Source: Podospora anserina
Taxonomy: Eukaryota
Direction: 5' to 3'
DNA length: 64,000 nucleotides
Assembly: GCA_017654855.1 (NCBI GenBank)
Contig: CM030332.1
Coordinates: 558,001 to 622,000 of the forward strand
The notes below the pieces were generated by a model. That model did no database searches. It saw only the letters and a list, made by a program, of their open reading frames with translations, and had not been told where the DNA came from. This document shows positions 26,397 to 38,850 of this stretch, in pieces. The position numbers and the translations under genes were made by a program. How positions within the stretch are numbered: the first letter of the stretch is position 1; every line of letters starts with the position of its first letter.

Positions 26397-27819
26397 TCAT
26401 ATTTGCCTGATCTCCTTACCCGCCATCTCGGGCCTTTCCAGTTCCCATTCATCTCTCAACACCGCAAACATGAGGTCGCAAACTAACAGGCTCTGTCCCA
26501 GTCCCCACACAAGAGTAATGGCGTAGAAAAAGTTGGCATTGCCGCTGCCGGCGTAGATCCAAAGATAATAGAATGCCGGCCCAAGGAAAGAGGCATACAT
26601 GATGACTGCCGCAATAACGAAGCTGTAGCGCATAAGTGGGAAGACGTGCCGGTATAATGGCACCATGGCCAAGAAGAGTGACGTGTCGCTGATGCTAGGA
26701 TAAGGCTTGAAGATGGCGAATATTCCAAGAAGGAGGGTCAACACCACCAAGGGTTGCCGCCGGATCCGGACGGAAAGACCGCCGACGTAACAAGAGAGGT
26801 GAAGCCAGAAGACTGCCAGGAAGAAGGACCGGAAGGAGTCGAACATTTCGATAAAGAAGTACCACCACAGGCCGACATTGGGTGTCAGGTCTGACAGAGT
26901 CAACTGCACACCGTATGTGGATGGCAGGAATTCCCATGAGCCTGTGATAAGATACGACATGCCGAACAACAGTCCCAGCACACCGAACACAACCGGAACG
27001 TGTGATGCGGCAAAAGAGACGACTGATTTGTTGGCTCGTTCGGGGCGTTGTCTGTCGAAGCAAAGTAGAACAAGCGGCGGAAGTAATAATAACGGGTACA
27101 TCGACAGATAGCTCGCAAAGGACAGCGCAACCATGGCGCTGAAGGGTGCGCCGGACACGGCCTTGGCGATGGCATGGAGAATCGCGCAAGTGGTGAATAC
27201 GCTTGTGGACCTTCCGAGACATGTTGCCACGGTGAAGGGGTTGAAAAGGAAGCTACGTTCTGTCAGCATCTTCACGATCTCCTGCGCCCATATTCAGGGG
27301 TAAAAAGAGGTGCCTTACATAGCTGCAATGATGAATCCGTTCCATCTCCTTTCGCGACGCGGGGATGTAAATAGGGCAGATGAACCTGCCTCGCCCGAGT
27401 CCGCAATTTTCCATAGTGCGCTGGCACTCAACAAGTCGATCGCGATGTAGAGGAGGTAGGTAAATATCGGGTAGCTCAATGCATTCGGGAGTAGGGAGAA
27501 CAGCGGAAGGAAAAGGGGCGCTTGGTGGTAGACACCACCATCGTATGGCGACACATTGTGGTTATAGAGAAAGAGGCCTTCTTGCACTTGAAGCTGGTTA
27601 GCATCCCGTCAAGAAAATCGACAAGAAAATCGGAGGCGCAATGTGACGCGACACCCTAAACTTACGGCGCTTGAAGCTGGTGACTGGGGTTGAGATCTCG
27701 ACGCGGCCGGTCAACAGATCCGGGAGATCAGGAAGAAGAGTAAAAATGGCAAGCCGCAGAACGGCGGCGCCAGCATAGAGTGCCGCCGTTCTTCCCACCG
27801 TTACCTTGCCGCCATCCAT
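26397..27819 (-). CDS. GAB1: GPI transamidase subunit PIG-U/Gab1; exons 27819-27666, 27586-27319, 27252-26397
   Basis: RVEISTPVTSFKRLQEG, SPYDGGVYHQAPL, DLTPNVGLWWYFFIEMF and GSGNANFFYAITL motifs; multi-TM. Confidence 0.93.
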
Positions 27820-28198
27820 ATCTCAATGCGCCATCTCTTGAACACGCAAAACCGAAGATGAAGTCAGCGACAGAAGTCCCACCGTGGCCGAAATTTGGAC
27901 GCCAAATTCGAGACTCCTGGGAGTCGTGCCAGCGAATCACTTGGGCCGCTGCATGCCTGGCGCGGCTCATGCAGGGAAGTCCTTGGTGGGGTCGCCGAGA
28001 TGTCGATTCCCTTCTCTGATTGAGCGGCGCAACCATATCTCTTATCGCGTCCCGGCGGTGGGAGATGGCACAAAAAAAGTTTAGGAAGTGAATGGGAAAA
28101 AAAACACTGGAAAAGTTCACCTCCGCGGCCTGCAACCACTGCAAAGTTCTGGCCTACGCTGTGATTATTCGCTGACGAGGTCCCCCGATCAACACACA

Positions 28199-30196
28199 AT
28201 GGCCAAAATTAAGAAGAAGGGCCAGTCCGGCCAGGCGAAGAACTACATCACCCGCACACAGGCTGTCAAGAAGCTCCAGATCAGCTTGCCCGACTTCCGC
28301 AAGCTTTGCATTTGGAAGGGAATCTATCCAAGAGAGCCCAGGAGTCGCAAGAAGGTGTCCAAGTCGGCCACCGCCTCCACCACCTTCTACTACACCAAGG
28401 ATATCCAGTACCTCCAGCACGAGCCGCTCCTTCAGAAATTCCGCGAGCAAAAGGTTCTCGAGAAGAAGATCTCCCGCGCTCTCGGTCGTGGCGATGTTAG
28501 CGATGCTGCCCGTCTCGAGCGCAATGCTGGGCGTCCCGATCAGACCGGCAAGCCGCGCTACACCCTCCACCATGTCATCCGTGAGCGCTACCCGACCTTC
28601 ATCGATGCCATCCGCGACCTCGACGACTGCCTGTCCATGCTCTTCCTCTTCGCCAACCTCCCCTCCACCACTTCAGTTCCCGCCAAGATGATCGCCCGGT
28701 GCGAGCGCCTTTGCCACGAGTTCCAGCACTACCTCATCACCTCTCACAGCCTGCGCAAGTCCTTCTTGTCTATCAAGGGCATCTACTACCAGGCCAACAT
28801 TCAGGGCGAGGACGTCTTGTGGTTGGTCCCATACAAGTTCAACCAAAGGGTTGTTGGAGATATCGATTTCCGCATCATGGGTACCTTTGTCGAGTTTTAC
28901 ATGACCCTTCTCGGCTTCGTCAACTACAGACTGTACTCCTCGATCGGTCTCAAGTACCCACCCAAGTTTGATCAGACCAAGGATGACAAGGGTGCTGAGC
29001 TTGCCGCGCTCACGTTGGAGGGTGTCAACCTTGCGACAAACGAGGAGACTACCAAAGCGATTACCAATGGCGAGGGCCACGGTCCCGACCCCAAGGTTCA
29101 GGCTGAGGTTGACAAGCTGGTCAAGAAGTTGAGGACTGAATCTGCTGCGGACAAGGCTGATGAGGAGATGGCCGATGGCGAGGAGGAGGAGGAAGAGAAG
29201 GCCACCGACGCCATCGACAAGTTCGAGCCTGCTGCTCCCGGCGGTGACGTTCTGCCACAGCCAACATACAGTGGCAACAATCCCTCCAAGCTCTTCGCCA
29301 ACTGCACCCTCTTCCTCTCGCGTGAAACCCCCCGTCAGTCTCTCGAGTTCATCCTTCGCGCGTTCGGCTGCAAGAGGATAGGTTGGGACCCAATCCTTGG
29401 TGAGGGCTCCTTTACAACCGACGAGTCCGACCCTTCCATCACACACCAGATCGTCGACAGACCAATCGTCCAGGCCGCTACCACCGAGCAGGGAGATGGC
29501 GAGGATAACCAGACCGCACAGAAGCTCGGACCCAACCAAAGATATCCCGGAAGAATTTACGTGCAACCGCAGTGGGTGTGGGACTGCATCAACGACGAAG
29601 AACTCAAGAGCCCAGAGCTTTATGCCCCTGGTGCCAGCCTGCCACCACATCTCAGCCCCTTCGTTAAGCCTACGCAAGGTCAATACGACCCTACCGTTCC
29701 TCTCGAGGAGCAGGAGACCGAGGGCGAGGCTCTCGACGCTGCGATCGAGGATGCCAAGGATGAGGTTGAGAGTGATGAGGAGAACTCCGAGGCTGATAAC
29801 GACATGGACGTCGCCGACGACAACGATAATGATGAAGAGGAGGACTCTGATGCCGAAGAGGACGAGGAGGTGGAAGACGAGGAAGATGAAGATGAGGACG
29901 AGGAGGAGGTCCTGCAGAGACAACGTGAGCTCGAGGCTGAAATCTCAGGCAAGGCTGTCAAGAGCAAGCAAGTAGACCCCAAGCTCAAGGCCAAGCTGGA
30001 GAAGAAGAAGGCGCTCGAAAGGAAAAAGAAGGAGGAGGCCGAGGATCTGGAGCGCGCCAAGGGTATGCTGAGCAAGAAGAAGCGCAAGCTGTTCGAGCAG
30101 ATGCAGTACACCAACAAGAAGAAGAGCACAGAGGACATGAAGCTGCGCTCCAAGAGGAGAAAGCTGGAAAAAGAAAAGGCTGCTGGCAAGGCGTAA
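28199..30196 (+). CDS. NOP7: Pescadillo homolog (ribosome biogenesis, BRCT domain)
   Basis: [45 protein letters not shown]-type [23 protein letters not shown] at 28199 in CACA-ATG-G context. Confidence 0.96.
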   Translation: MAKIKKKGQSGQAKNYITRTQAVKKLQISLPDFRKLCIWKGIYPREPRSRKKVSKSATASTTFYYTKDIQYLQHEPLLQKFREQKVLEKKISRALGRGDVSDAARLERNAGRPDQTGKPRYTLHHVIRERYPTFIDAIRDLDDCLSMLFLFANLPSTTSVPAKMIARCERLCHEFQHYLITSHSLRKSFLSIKGIYYQANIQGEDVLWLVPYKFNQRVVGDIDFRIMGTFVEFYMTLLGFVNYRLYSSIGLKYPPKFDQTKDDKGAELAALTLEGVNLATNEETTKAITNGEGHGPDPKVQAEVDKLVKKLRTESAADKADEEMADGEEEEEEKATDAIDKFEPAAPGGDVLPQPTYSGNNPSKLFANCTLFLSRETPRQSLEFILRAFGCKRIGWDPILGEGSFTTDESDPSITHQIVDRPIVQAATTEQGDGEDNQTAQKLGPNQRYPGRIYVQPQWVWDCINDEELKSPELYAPGASLPPHLSPFVKPTQGQYDPTVPLEEQETEGEALDAAIEDAKDEVESDEENSEADNDMDVADDNDNDEEEDSDAEEDEEVEDEEDEDEDEEEVLQRQRELEAEISGKAVKSKQVDPKLKAKLEKKKALERKKKEEAEDLERAKGMLSKKKRKLFEQMQYTNKKKSTEDMKLRSKRRKLEKEKAAGKA

Positions 30197-30768
30197 TCAT
30201 TTTGTTTGTTAGGCGCTTCTTGGTTTTTATCAGATACCACTGTTCTCTCAATGCGGTTTTGATCACTTGAGATGATGGGATATGTTGTTAAATGACTTTG
30301 TGCTTTAATAAGACTCTTCCACCTGCACCCAGGCAATGTTAGTCTACCTTTGGTGGACACTTGGCCGTTCTCTTGCACCTGGAACTCGAAAAAAACACTA
30401 GTAGTTTGAAGCGAAATGTAACTTATGACAGATTTGAGTACAGTGAGTGTTGGTATTTAGATGACACTCATATCAGATGTCTTGTCATCTACCTTCATTG
30501 ACCTGCAAACATCTTCAAGTCTCCGGAGACCCCAAAGACATCTAAAATGTTTAGCCTTAAACAGCGTAACAATACACTCAACGCTCTAATATATTCCTCC
30601 ATGTAACCCCCTTCCCAATCATTTTTTGGAACGATCCCAAGTTCTTCGTCCGTTAAGCCAGCTCTCCAACACTTTCATGACTGACTGAGCAAAAAGACGC
30701 AACTACCTATCAGGCTTATGTACATAGACCCACCTGTCACCAAAAATAGAGTCAAAATGGAGACAAAA

Positions 30769-30887
30769 ACATACAACACCAGGGATTCCCCAGTGGTCAC
30801 CCACCTGAGTACTGATCTGGCGATTAGCTGTTTATCTAGGGGAGAGCGGACGGGATCCCGAGCTTTCAGCTATCTATGGTCGTATGT
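30769..30887 (-). rRNA. Dispersed 5S rRNA gene
   Basis: 119 nt, ACATACGACCATA...CCCGTCCGCTC...GGTGGGTGACCAC..GAATCCC..TGTTGTATGT, followed by a T-run terminator; complementary ends. Confidence 0.95.
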
Positions 30888-31239
30888 GCTTTGCTGTGGC
30901 GAAAACAGCGTTCATAATGAGGTTTGATAAGAGAGGTGGCTTTACAGGGTTAGGGTTGGACGGCGTAAGTGATACTTTGGTAGGGCGACCTCTTTCAAAC
31001 TGCAAATTCAAGTCAAACTGAACCACAAACATTCGATTTTCATCAACGCTCTGGGCAACCTTGAAGAAGTTGCACCGAATATGCTAATATTTGAGCTTCT
31101 TTCTCATATGAACTGAGATTTGGCTTTCAGTTTTCTTCAGCCTGGAGTTTACGTCTTTTTTTGCATGAGTGGCGCTCACTCACCAACCAGCCATCTCACC
31201 TCTCATTCACTCACTCACACCCGCACCACTCACATCAAA

Positions 31240-33192
31240 ATGGACTTTTCCTCCTCCCAAATCCCACCCTCCTACCAACCTACTCTCAAAAGACCCGCCT
31301 CACAAATCTCATCCTACGACCACGACCTCCCAGAAACCCTACCCGCCACCCACAACACCCTCACACCAGCTGAACCCCCCCAAGAGGAGGAATGGCGCGA
31401 CCTCTCCACCTCCTCCATCGCCTCCCTCTTCTCGGACGAGCTTAACGAGCGCAGACCAAACAGGTGGAAGGGCAACCCATCCACCTGGCGCACCTGGACC
31501 AACAACGAGAGAAAGACCTGGGAGTCGATTGAGAATGTGAGGAAGGGGGATCTAAGCGCGCATTTGTATAACGCTTTTGCTTTGAAGAAGGGTGTGAGGA
31601 AAGGGCCCGAGGAAACTTTCTCCTGTGTTGGAGAGGGGAAAGATAACCGGGGGTGGAATGTAGGGAGGGGGTGGACTGCTTGGCCTTTGGGGGTGGAAGA
31701 GGTTCCTGGGGATGGGTTGTTGGATTTGGAAGCTGAGGATGGGAATCAGGAGTTTACTTTCAGGAGGAAGGAGGAGGAGGGTGATAGGTGGCCGGGGAGG
31801 AATTTGGAGGAGGTGGTTTCGGCTACTGTGTTGAGGTTGGCGAAGGAGAGGTTTTATAGGAGGGTGAAGGAGTGGGAAGGCAAGGGGAAGGGGAATGGGG
31901 AAGATGAGGAGGAGGGCCAGGAGAAGGGGGATGTGATGCAGTCGATCGAACAGGGTGGTGATGATGAGGGTGGGGTAGGGGATGAGGAAGATGAAGTGTC
32001 GGGCATGGAAACAGGCTACGATACTGCTGCCGGGGAGACAGATGCAACCGGGGCGGGTTCTACAAAAGGAGGAAGGAAACGAAGGATGTCATCAATAGCA
32101 AAAGCCGAGCAGACATTCACGCCAGTCATGTCGGCGGATGATGAGCGAAACTATGCGTTAGTGCGGCCTGCAGCCAGGAGGATCATGGAGCAGTTGGATA
32201 AGACGCTTACGGTAATGCACTATGCAAGAGCTGCTGCTGTAAGTGGTATGTATGGAGGTGATAGTGATGAGGACGAAGACTCCGAGGATGACGAAGACGG
32301 AGAGTCTCGCAAGAATATGATGGACGTTGATGGGAAGCCAGCACTGAGCAAGCCACGAGGTCGATCAAGAGGAAGAAGTCGCTCCAGAGCAGGCAGTTCG
32401 CCGAGGAAATTGAGGTTCAGGTCAAGTTCAAGATCAAGTTCGAGCGATTCTTCCGGCAGCAACGTGTCGACCAAGATCTCACGAATCGGGTTGCTAAACT
32501 GGCGGGATGTTCTTGGTGCAGCTGCTCTCGCTGGCTTCTCACCAGAGGTTATTGCCAGGGCAACACAGCGCTGCTCTAATATTTTCAATGAAGAGATGGT
32601 GATGCATACCCTTCCCGAGCAAGCCGTTACCTCGGGCAAACCGGCCATTCAGACCGTACGATACCGACCAAATCTCACTGAACCTCAGAGTGCTCTATCG
32701 GAGGACAACGACTCCGAAGACAATAAGCAACTCCTCGCTCACCACCTGATGATTAACCGCCAGTCTACTGTTGCTCTCACTGCAGAGCCTGCCGATACTC
32801 CAGCACCAACGAAAAGAGCAAGCACACCGGCTGCCCGATCCCGAACAAGTAAGTCAGCTACACCTGGCGGTGGTGCTGGAGGGGCTCATCTTTGTCCATT
32901 CAACGATTGCCCTCGCGCTGTGGAAGGCTTTAACAGAAATACGAATCTCCAGAGGCACATCAAGCTTGTACACAAAGTCGAAGCCTCGGCAGCAGTGCGC
33001 ACTACAGAGGAGGAGGATAGCGAAGACCAGTTGGTAGGAGGTGTTCACACTGACGGGTTTTTGCAGCCTATTAAGATGAGGAAGGGTTGGAGAGGTGATG
33101 ATGCTGGCAACCGCCAAAAGCGTGGAGCGAAACCTCGTTCAGGCGGTCGGGATACTGGAGATGAAGGTGAAGATGATCGGGTTTCTCGGTAG
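31240..33192 (+). CDS. RRN9: Rrn9-like RNA polymerase I upstream activation factor subunit with C-terminal C2H2 zinc finger
   Basis: DLSAHLYNAFALK and WTAWPL..VP motifs typical of the Rrn9 domain; WRDVLGAAALAGF; CPFNDC..HIKLVH finger. Confidence 0.7.
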   Translation: MDFSSSQIPPSYQPTLKRPASQISSYDHDLPETLPATHNTLTPAEPPQEEEWRDLSTSSIASLFSDELNERRPNRWKGNPSTWRTWTNNERKTWESIENVRKGDLSAHLYNAFALKKGVRKGPEETFSCVGEGKDNRGWNVGRGWTAWPLGVEEVPGDGLLDLEAEDGNQEFTFRRKEEEGDRWPGRNLEEVVSATVLRLAKERFYRRVKEWEGKGKGNGEDEEEGQEKGDVMQSIEQGGDDEGGVGDEEDEVSGMETGYDTAAGETDATGAGSTKGGRKRRMSSIAKAEQTFTPVMSADDERNYALVRPAARRIMEQLDKTLTVMHYARAAAVSGMYGGDSDEDEDSEDDEDGESRKNMMDVDGKPALSKPRGRSRGRSRSRAGSSPRKLRFRSSSRSSSSDSSGSNVSTKISRIGLLNWRDVLGAAALAGFSPEVIARATQRCSNIFNEEMVMHTLPEQAVTSGKPAIQTVRYRPNLTEPQSALSEDNDSEDNKQLLAHHLMINRQSTVALTAEPADTPAPTKRASTPAARSRTSKSATPGGGAGGAHLCPFNDCPRAVEGFNRNTNLQRHIKLVHKVEASAAVRTTEEEDSEDQLVGGVHTDGFLQPIKMRKGWRGDDAGNRQKRGAKPRSGGRDTGDEGEDDRVSR

Positions 33193-33770
33193 TGATCTGC
33201 ATAATTTACGGACAGGGCGGTATGTGCATATACGGCACTTCGCTTTCGGTTTTGCTCCCACGCTCCTCCTACCGTTTGACTGGGGATAAAGCTGAGCTGT
33301 CCAGTGTCAGCTTGGAATCGATAGCAAGAATCGGGCGATGCCATTGCAGAGCTGAACCAATCAGTTGGAATCCCAATTGACATTGACGTGGGTCTAGATC
33401 CGGCGCTATCAGAATTCGTTGTCTTCAGACTAAGACAGCGGCCCCCTGCTGTGATACCTATTCGGGAACAGGCCATTGGCTGTGGAAGTTGCGATATGGG
33501 ATGCGGCTGGCTGAGAGATGCAAACCCCATGGAAGTCCGTTGGGAGTAATAAAAGTCTAGAACTTGAGATCTAAAATGACCCTTTTCCTTCGTCTTTATG
33601 TGCTTTGGACAGCCGCGTCATCAGGTCAGCACGGAAGTGACCATGCTGGTTGTTGGTTTGCCCATCCGAACTTCTGTCGGCAAGAGCACTCGATTGAGTG
33701 ACTTCTGAACTTTGACTAAAATTTGCCTTTGGCTTCCTGTCACTCTTTTATCTGCATTGTGTTTTTCACC

Positions 33771-34993
33771 ATGGCGTCGTTATTATCCAGGCCGGGCGGT
33801 AGCCCAAGAGCGGAGCTGATGCTCCTCGTGATGGTGGCCTGTATGCTTCTGGTGACCTATTCGTCCTTGCAATCAGCACGATCAGAGGTTTGTTCATTGG
33901 CGATTTCCTTAAGCGTCATTCTTTTCTTTAACTCCCGTGCCAGGTCACTGATAGGATCCCACTGAAGGAGGAATCGGTTCTCGAATCATTGACGAAAGTC
34001 GACGTGCAACAACATGTGGCCGTAACGACAAGCTCTAGCAGTATTGTTAGCACCACAACCACTGTCGCTACGACATCCAACACTTCTTTACCAAACACCC
34101 CTTTACCAGAAGCGACACCAATTCAACTCGACCAAGAACCCCCGCTTGACTTCGACTCAAGTCTGGATGTCGCGCCCGAGAATGCTCTGGATAAGACCGA
34201 CAGTCCACCAACAGACTTTGATGGCCTAGAGGAAGACTTTTCCATCCCACCAGCCGATCCAGCAACCCCAAACAAAGTTTTCAAAGCAGTCCTCATCGAA
34301 TCTTCACTCACCTCACCCGCTCTGGTTCCCGTCCTCATGCACTTCTCCTCCGTCCTTCCCACCCACTGGTCCTTGGTGATCTTCACCTCCCCAAACAACT
34401 TTACCGTTCCCCAATCGCCAGCCTTCCGCAACCTCTTGTCCTCCAGACGACTAGACATTCGCTTCCTGCCCAAGAATGTCACCTTTACCAATAGCGTCTC
34501 GGTCTCCAGGTTTCTCGCGTCTTCCAACGGCTGGTTGTGGAACGAGCTGGCTGATGCCGAGCGAGTCTTGTTCTTCCAGCTCGACAGCATCATCTGCGCC
34601 AACTCGATCGCCACCATTGACGACTTTGTGAAGTGGGATTATGTAGGGGCGCCGATTAATAGCACGTATGGTGAAGGGTACAATGGGGGGTTGTCAATCA
34701 GAAACCCGAGGTTGTTTTTGGAGGTGGTGAGGGCAGGGAATTACACCAGGGGGTTTGAGGATCAGTGGTTTTATAAGAAGTTGAAGGAGAGGAGGGCACA
34801 GGGGGATTATAGGGTTAGGTTGCCGGGGGTGGAGGAGGCGAAGAGGTTTGCGGTTGAGACGCTTTGGGGGGATAGGCCGCTGGGGTATCACCAGCCGCAG
34901 AGGTGGTGGAAGGGGAAGGCTGGGGAGAGGATGGGGGAGATTGAGGAGTGGTGTCCTGAGGTTGGGATGCTGATTGGGAGGAGGGCGAAGTAA
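33771..34993 (+). CDS. Type II membrane protein, DUF5672-like (putative glycosyltransferase-related); intron 33888-33943
   Basis: N-terminal TM segment, S/T-rich stem, then LFFQLDSIIC, WDYVGAP, NGGLSIRN, EDQWF, FAVET and PLGYH motifs. Confidence 0.75.
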
Positions 34994-35429
34994 AGTTCTT
35001 GAGAAGGGATTTTCTTTGGTGCAGATAGATAAAAGCATGGAGGGATACGCAAGACAGCTTCTGGGGGGAAGAGCATATCATTCATTTTGTTTTGAGGCTG
35101 ATGCTGATGGTTGGCACACAACGCATGGGTGGCTTGGTGGTTGGGGATGACGGTTAGGCACTTGCCTTGTAATAAAGATAATGGAATAGAAGAACAAGTT
35201 GGTCAAAAACCCAACTACGAAAATTGACCCTCAATCTGTCGTTGTGATGGTGTGCTCACGTTGCATTTGAGCCGCAATTTTCTATCATATGTAAGGGAGC
35301 CAAGCTGACAGTTAGGAAGCTTTCGGCCGATTTATACCGACATCGCCGACCCGCTCTCGAAAAATCTCCAAACCACCACTTTTTCCCCGACCAGGCCGCC
35401 ATGACGTGACGTTGCGACGGAGGGGAACA

Positions 35430-38400
35430 ATGTCCAAATCCTGGCAGTCCACGCTACGGCTGCCCAAGTCAAGTTTCCCGTAAGGATCTTCTGTTTGCCC
35501 ACCGTTTCCCCCCCAAAATCAATTTGCTCAGTTTTTCGTCTTGCCATTCAGAAACCGGCCGCGACTCCACGAACGGAAGCAGTACATCCTGCGATGCACC
35601 GATGATTTTTACGAGTGGCAGGCGGCCAATCGCCCTGCCGACAACGAGTTCCTCCTTCACGACGGGCCCCCATACGCCAATGGCGAGCTTCACGCTGGCC
35701 ACGCGCTGAACAAGATCCTCAAGGACATGATTAACCGGGTCAAGGTCCAGCAAGGTGCGCTTGACGCTGCTTGGGAATACCCCGCCGTGCGACACGTTAC
35801 TGACCGGTTGTGGGTGGGGTGTAAACTACAGGTCGCCGCGTCAAGTACGTACCAGGATGGGACTGCCATGGTCTCCCGATCGAGATGAAGGTTGTCGAGG
35901 CTGCCGAGGGCGGTAAGAAGATGTCGCCGGGGGGTATCCGAAAAGCTGCCCGCAAACTCGCCTCCTCGACGGTCAAGGCCCAGATGAACAGCTTCAAGTC
36001 GTATGCCGTTATGGCCGACTGGGAAAATAGGTGGACGACGATGGACACCGAGTTTGAGATCAGGCAGCTGCGGTTGTTCCAGAAGATGGCTCAGAGGGGG
36101 CTCATCTACCGGAAACATAAACCTGTGTATTGGTCGCCGTCGTCGGCTACTGCGCTGGCTGAGGCTGAGCTGGAGTACAATGAGGCCCATGTGTCAAAGT
36201 CGGCGTGGGTTAGATTACCCATTGTCAGTGGGTGGCAGGAGGTGATTTCTGGGCTGGAGGGGGTGGATAAGGATGCAAAGCTCTATGCGGTGATCTGGAC
36301 GACGACACCCTGGACGCTTCCTGCAAATCAGGCGATCGCGGTGCGCGACGATATGACTTACTCTATCGTCAGGTTTGCCGATTACGAGGGGCTTCACCTT
36401 GTGAGCATACCAGAGGGAAGCGCAGGTGGAGATCTCCCCGAGATATCCGAAGTGCTGGGCAAGGTCCAGGGCTCTGAGCTGACGAGGCTGAGGTATCTCA
36501 ACCCTCTCCTGGATGATTTGACTGCTCTGGAAGGCCGTCCTATCATCCATGCCCCCTTCGTGAGAGGCGATTCAGGAACGGGTATGGTGCACTGTGCCCC
36601 AGGTCATGGTTTTGACGATTACCTGGCCTGCGAAGCTCTGGGAATCCCAGCAGTTTCACACGTGGACAATGAGGGTCGCTTCACTGATAAGGCTTACCCC
36701 AGGAACCCTGATTTACTTGGGGGAATTCCCGTCCTGGAAGGCGGTAGTGACGCCGTGTTGGACTTGCTTGGCAACGAAAATGGGTACATTCTCAAGGTCA
36801 AATATTACAAGCACAAGTACCCATATGACTGGCGGACGAAGAAGCCCATCATCATCCGCGCCACAGCTCAGTGGTTTGCCGATGTGGGGAGCATCAAGGA
36901 GCAAGCCCTGGCTGCGCTTGAGGAGGTGCGTTTTGTGCCCGAGACTGGAAAGAACAGACTGGAGGCTTTTGTCAAGGGCCGGAGCGAATGGTGTATTTCG
37001 CGTCAACGATCCTGGGGTGTGCCCATCCCGGCTCTGTATGATGCGAATGGCAATGCGGTCGTGACTGATGAGAGCATTGACCACATCATCTCTGTGATCA
37101 GGGAAAGGAAAATTGATGCCTGGTGGTTTGATGATGCCCATGACCCTGCGTGGTTACCGGAGTCACTGCGCGATCGGGCGGCTGAGTTCCGCCGTGGTCA
37201 AGACACCATGGACGTCTGGTTTGACAGTGGTAGCAGCTGGACCCAGACGGACAAGCAAGCTGATGTGTACCTCGAGGGTAGTGATCAACATCGCGGGTGG
37301 TTCCAGTCGTCTCTTCTGACCCGGGTTGCTGCCATGGTCGCTCAGGACGCTCCAGGAGGGTCATCAACTACCAATACTCTTGGTCTTTCACCTTTCAAAA
37401 CACTCATCACTCACGGATTTACACTGGATAAGGACGGCAAGAAGATGTCCAAGTCTCTCGGGAACATCATCTCTGCCAATGAGGTTATGGACGGCTCGCT
37501 TCTTTTTGAGCCACCCCAGGCTGGTCAGCCACAAGGCAGAAAGAACCGCGAACCAGAAGCGCTGGGCCCGGATGCTCTGCGCCTTTGGATTGCAAGCAGT
37601 GACTACACAGGCGATATCATTCTAGGCAAGCCAGTTCTCCGGACTGTCCATCAAGTCCTGCTCAAGTACCGCACCATCATCAAGATGTTCACCGGAAGCA
37701 TGCAGCCTGATGCCCGCACAGCCCCCTTAACAGTGGCCGATCACATTGCGTTGATCCAGCTCAAGGACGTCATGCAAGAAGTCGGCAAGTACTACGACAA
37801 CTACGAGTTCAACAAGGCGCAAGCGGCCCTCAGCCGCTGGGTTGTCAATGACGTGTCGGCTTTCTACCTGGAGACACTCAAGGACAGACTATACTGCGGT
37901 GACTCTGGCGGCGTTTTGGAGCCCATCTTCAACGGCCTGTTGAGAATGCTGGCGCCCGTCACGCCCGTGCTTGTCGAAGAGGCATGGGAGTACCGCCCTC
38001 AGTGGATGAAGGATGATGCTTCTCTTGTTCACCCTCTCAAGCAGCTTTATGACGCCCCGCTTATTGAACCTGTTAGACTTAGTTACGATGAGAAGACCAT
38101 CCGGGAGAGCATCCCTGCTATTATGGCTGCGCATGGCGCCATCAAGGCTGCTTCGGAGCGGGCGAGATTGGACAAGGTGCTCGGCTCGTCGCTGGGGTGC
38201 TCGGTTGTGTTGGTGTCTCATGCTGAGGGTGGGTTGGCTGTTTTGGAACGGTTCAAGGATGAGCTGGATGCCATGTTTGTGGTTTCGGCGGTGGATATTG
38301 TTCAGTCTAACGGAGGCGAGACGCCCAAGGAGGTTGAAGGGGCGGAATGGAAGTATAGTGAGGTGTTTGAGGTCGGTGGGAAGGCTCATACGGCGTATGT

Positions 38401-38527
38401 TCTGCCTCCGAAGCAGCATAAATGTCCCCGGTGCTGGAGGTATGTTGCGCCGGTGGAGGATGCGCTTTGCGGGAGGTGTGGGGAGGTTGTTGAGGCGTGG
38501 GCTGGTGAGGCTGCCAAAGAGGTGTAA
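35430..38527 (+). CDS. ISM1: Mitochondrial (bacterial-type) isoleucyl-tRNA synthetase; introns 35480-35551 and 35755-35831
   Basis: [15 protein letters not shown] (HIGH motif), [19 protein letters not shown] editing motif, [27 protein letters not shown]-terminal CPRC..CGRC zinc finger. Confidence 0.95.
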
Positions 38528-38850
38528 ATAGATGAAATACCCTTTCTCTTGAAGAGCCACAGGAATTGCAAGATATGTACAATACATCACTTGACCGCAC
38601 AACCCTGACTTTGTGAACGGGGAGCTCGAGCTTAGACCCCAGACTCGAGCTGCCGCCGGCAAATCGTCCCCATCGATAAGACCCTTGGCAGCCAATTGTG
38701 GGGCACAACTTTTTCTTATCGAACCTTTCTTCGATGCAGTTTCTCGAAAATTGTTTGCAGGCATTCACTTTTCAACAGCTTCGCGCGCGCAGACATTCCC
38801 AAGTGTTGCGACAGTACCACGTCGCCAATTGATTTAATTTACAGACAGTC

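Noticed and set aside
28088-28198. In-frame GTG extension upstream of NOP7
   Set aside because: The ATG at 28199 has strong context and matches the family N-terminus; the extension shows no recognisable signal.
28673-30378. Long antisense ORFs (416 and 232 aa) opposite NOP7
   Set aside because: Explained by codon bias and acidic low complexity of the sense gene; no domain features.
35289-35315. Split start codon AT|G via GTAAGG..GCTGAC..TAG upstream of IleRS
   Set aside because: The intron would be only 25 nt, and the resulting frame is out of frame with IleRS and stops at 35407.
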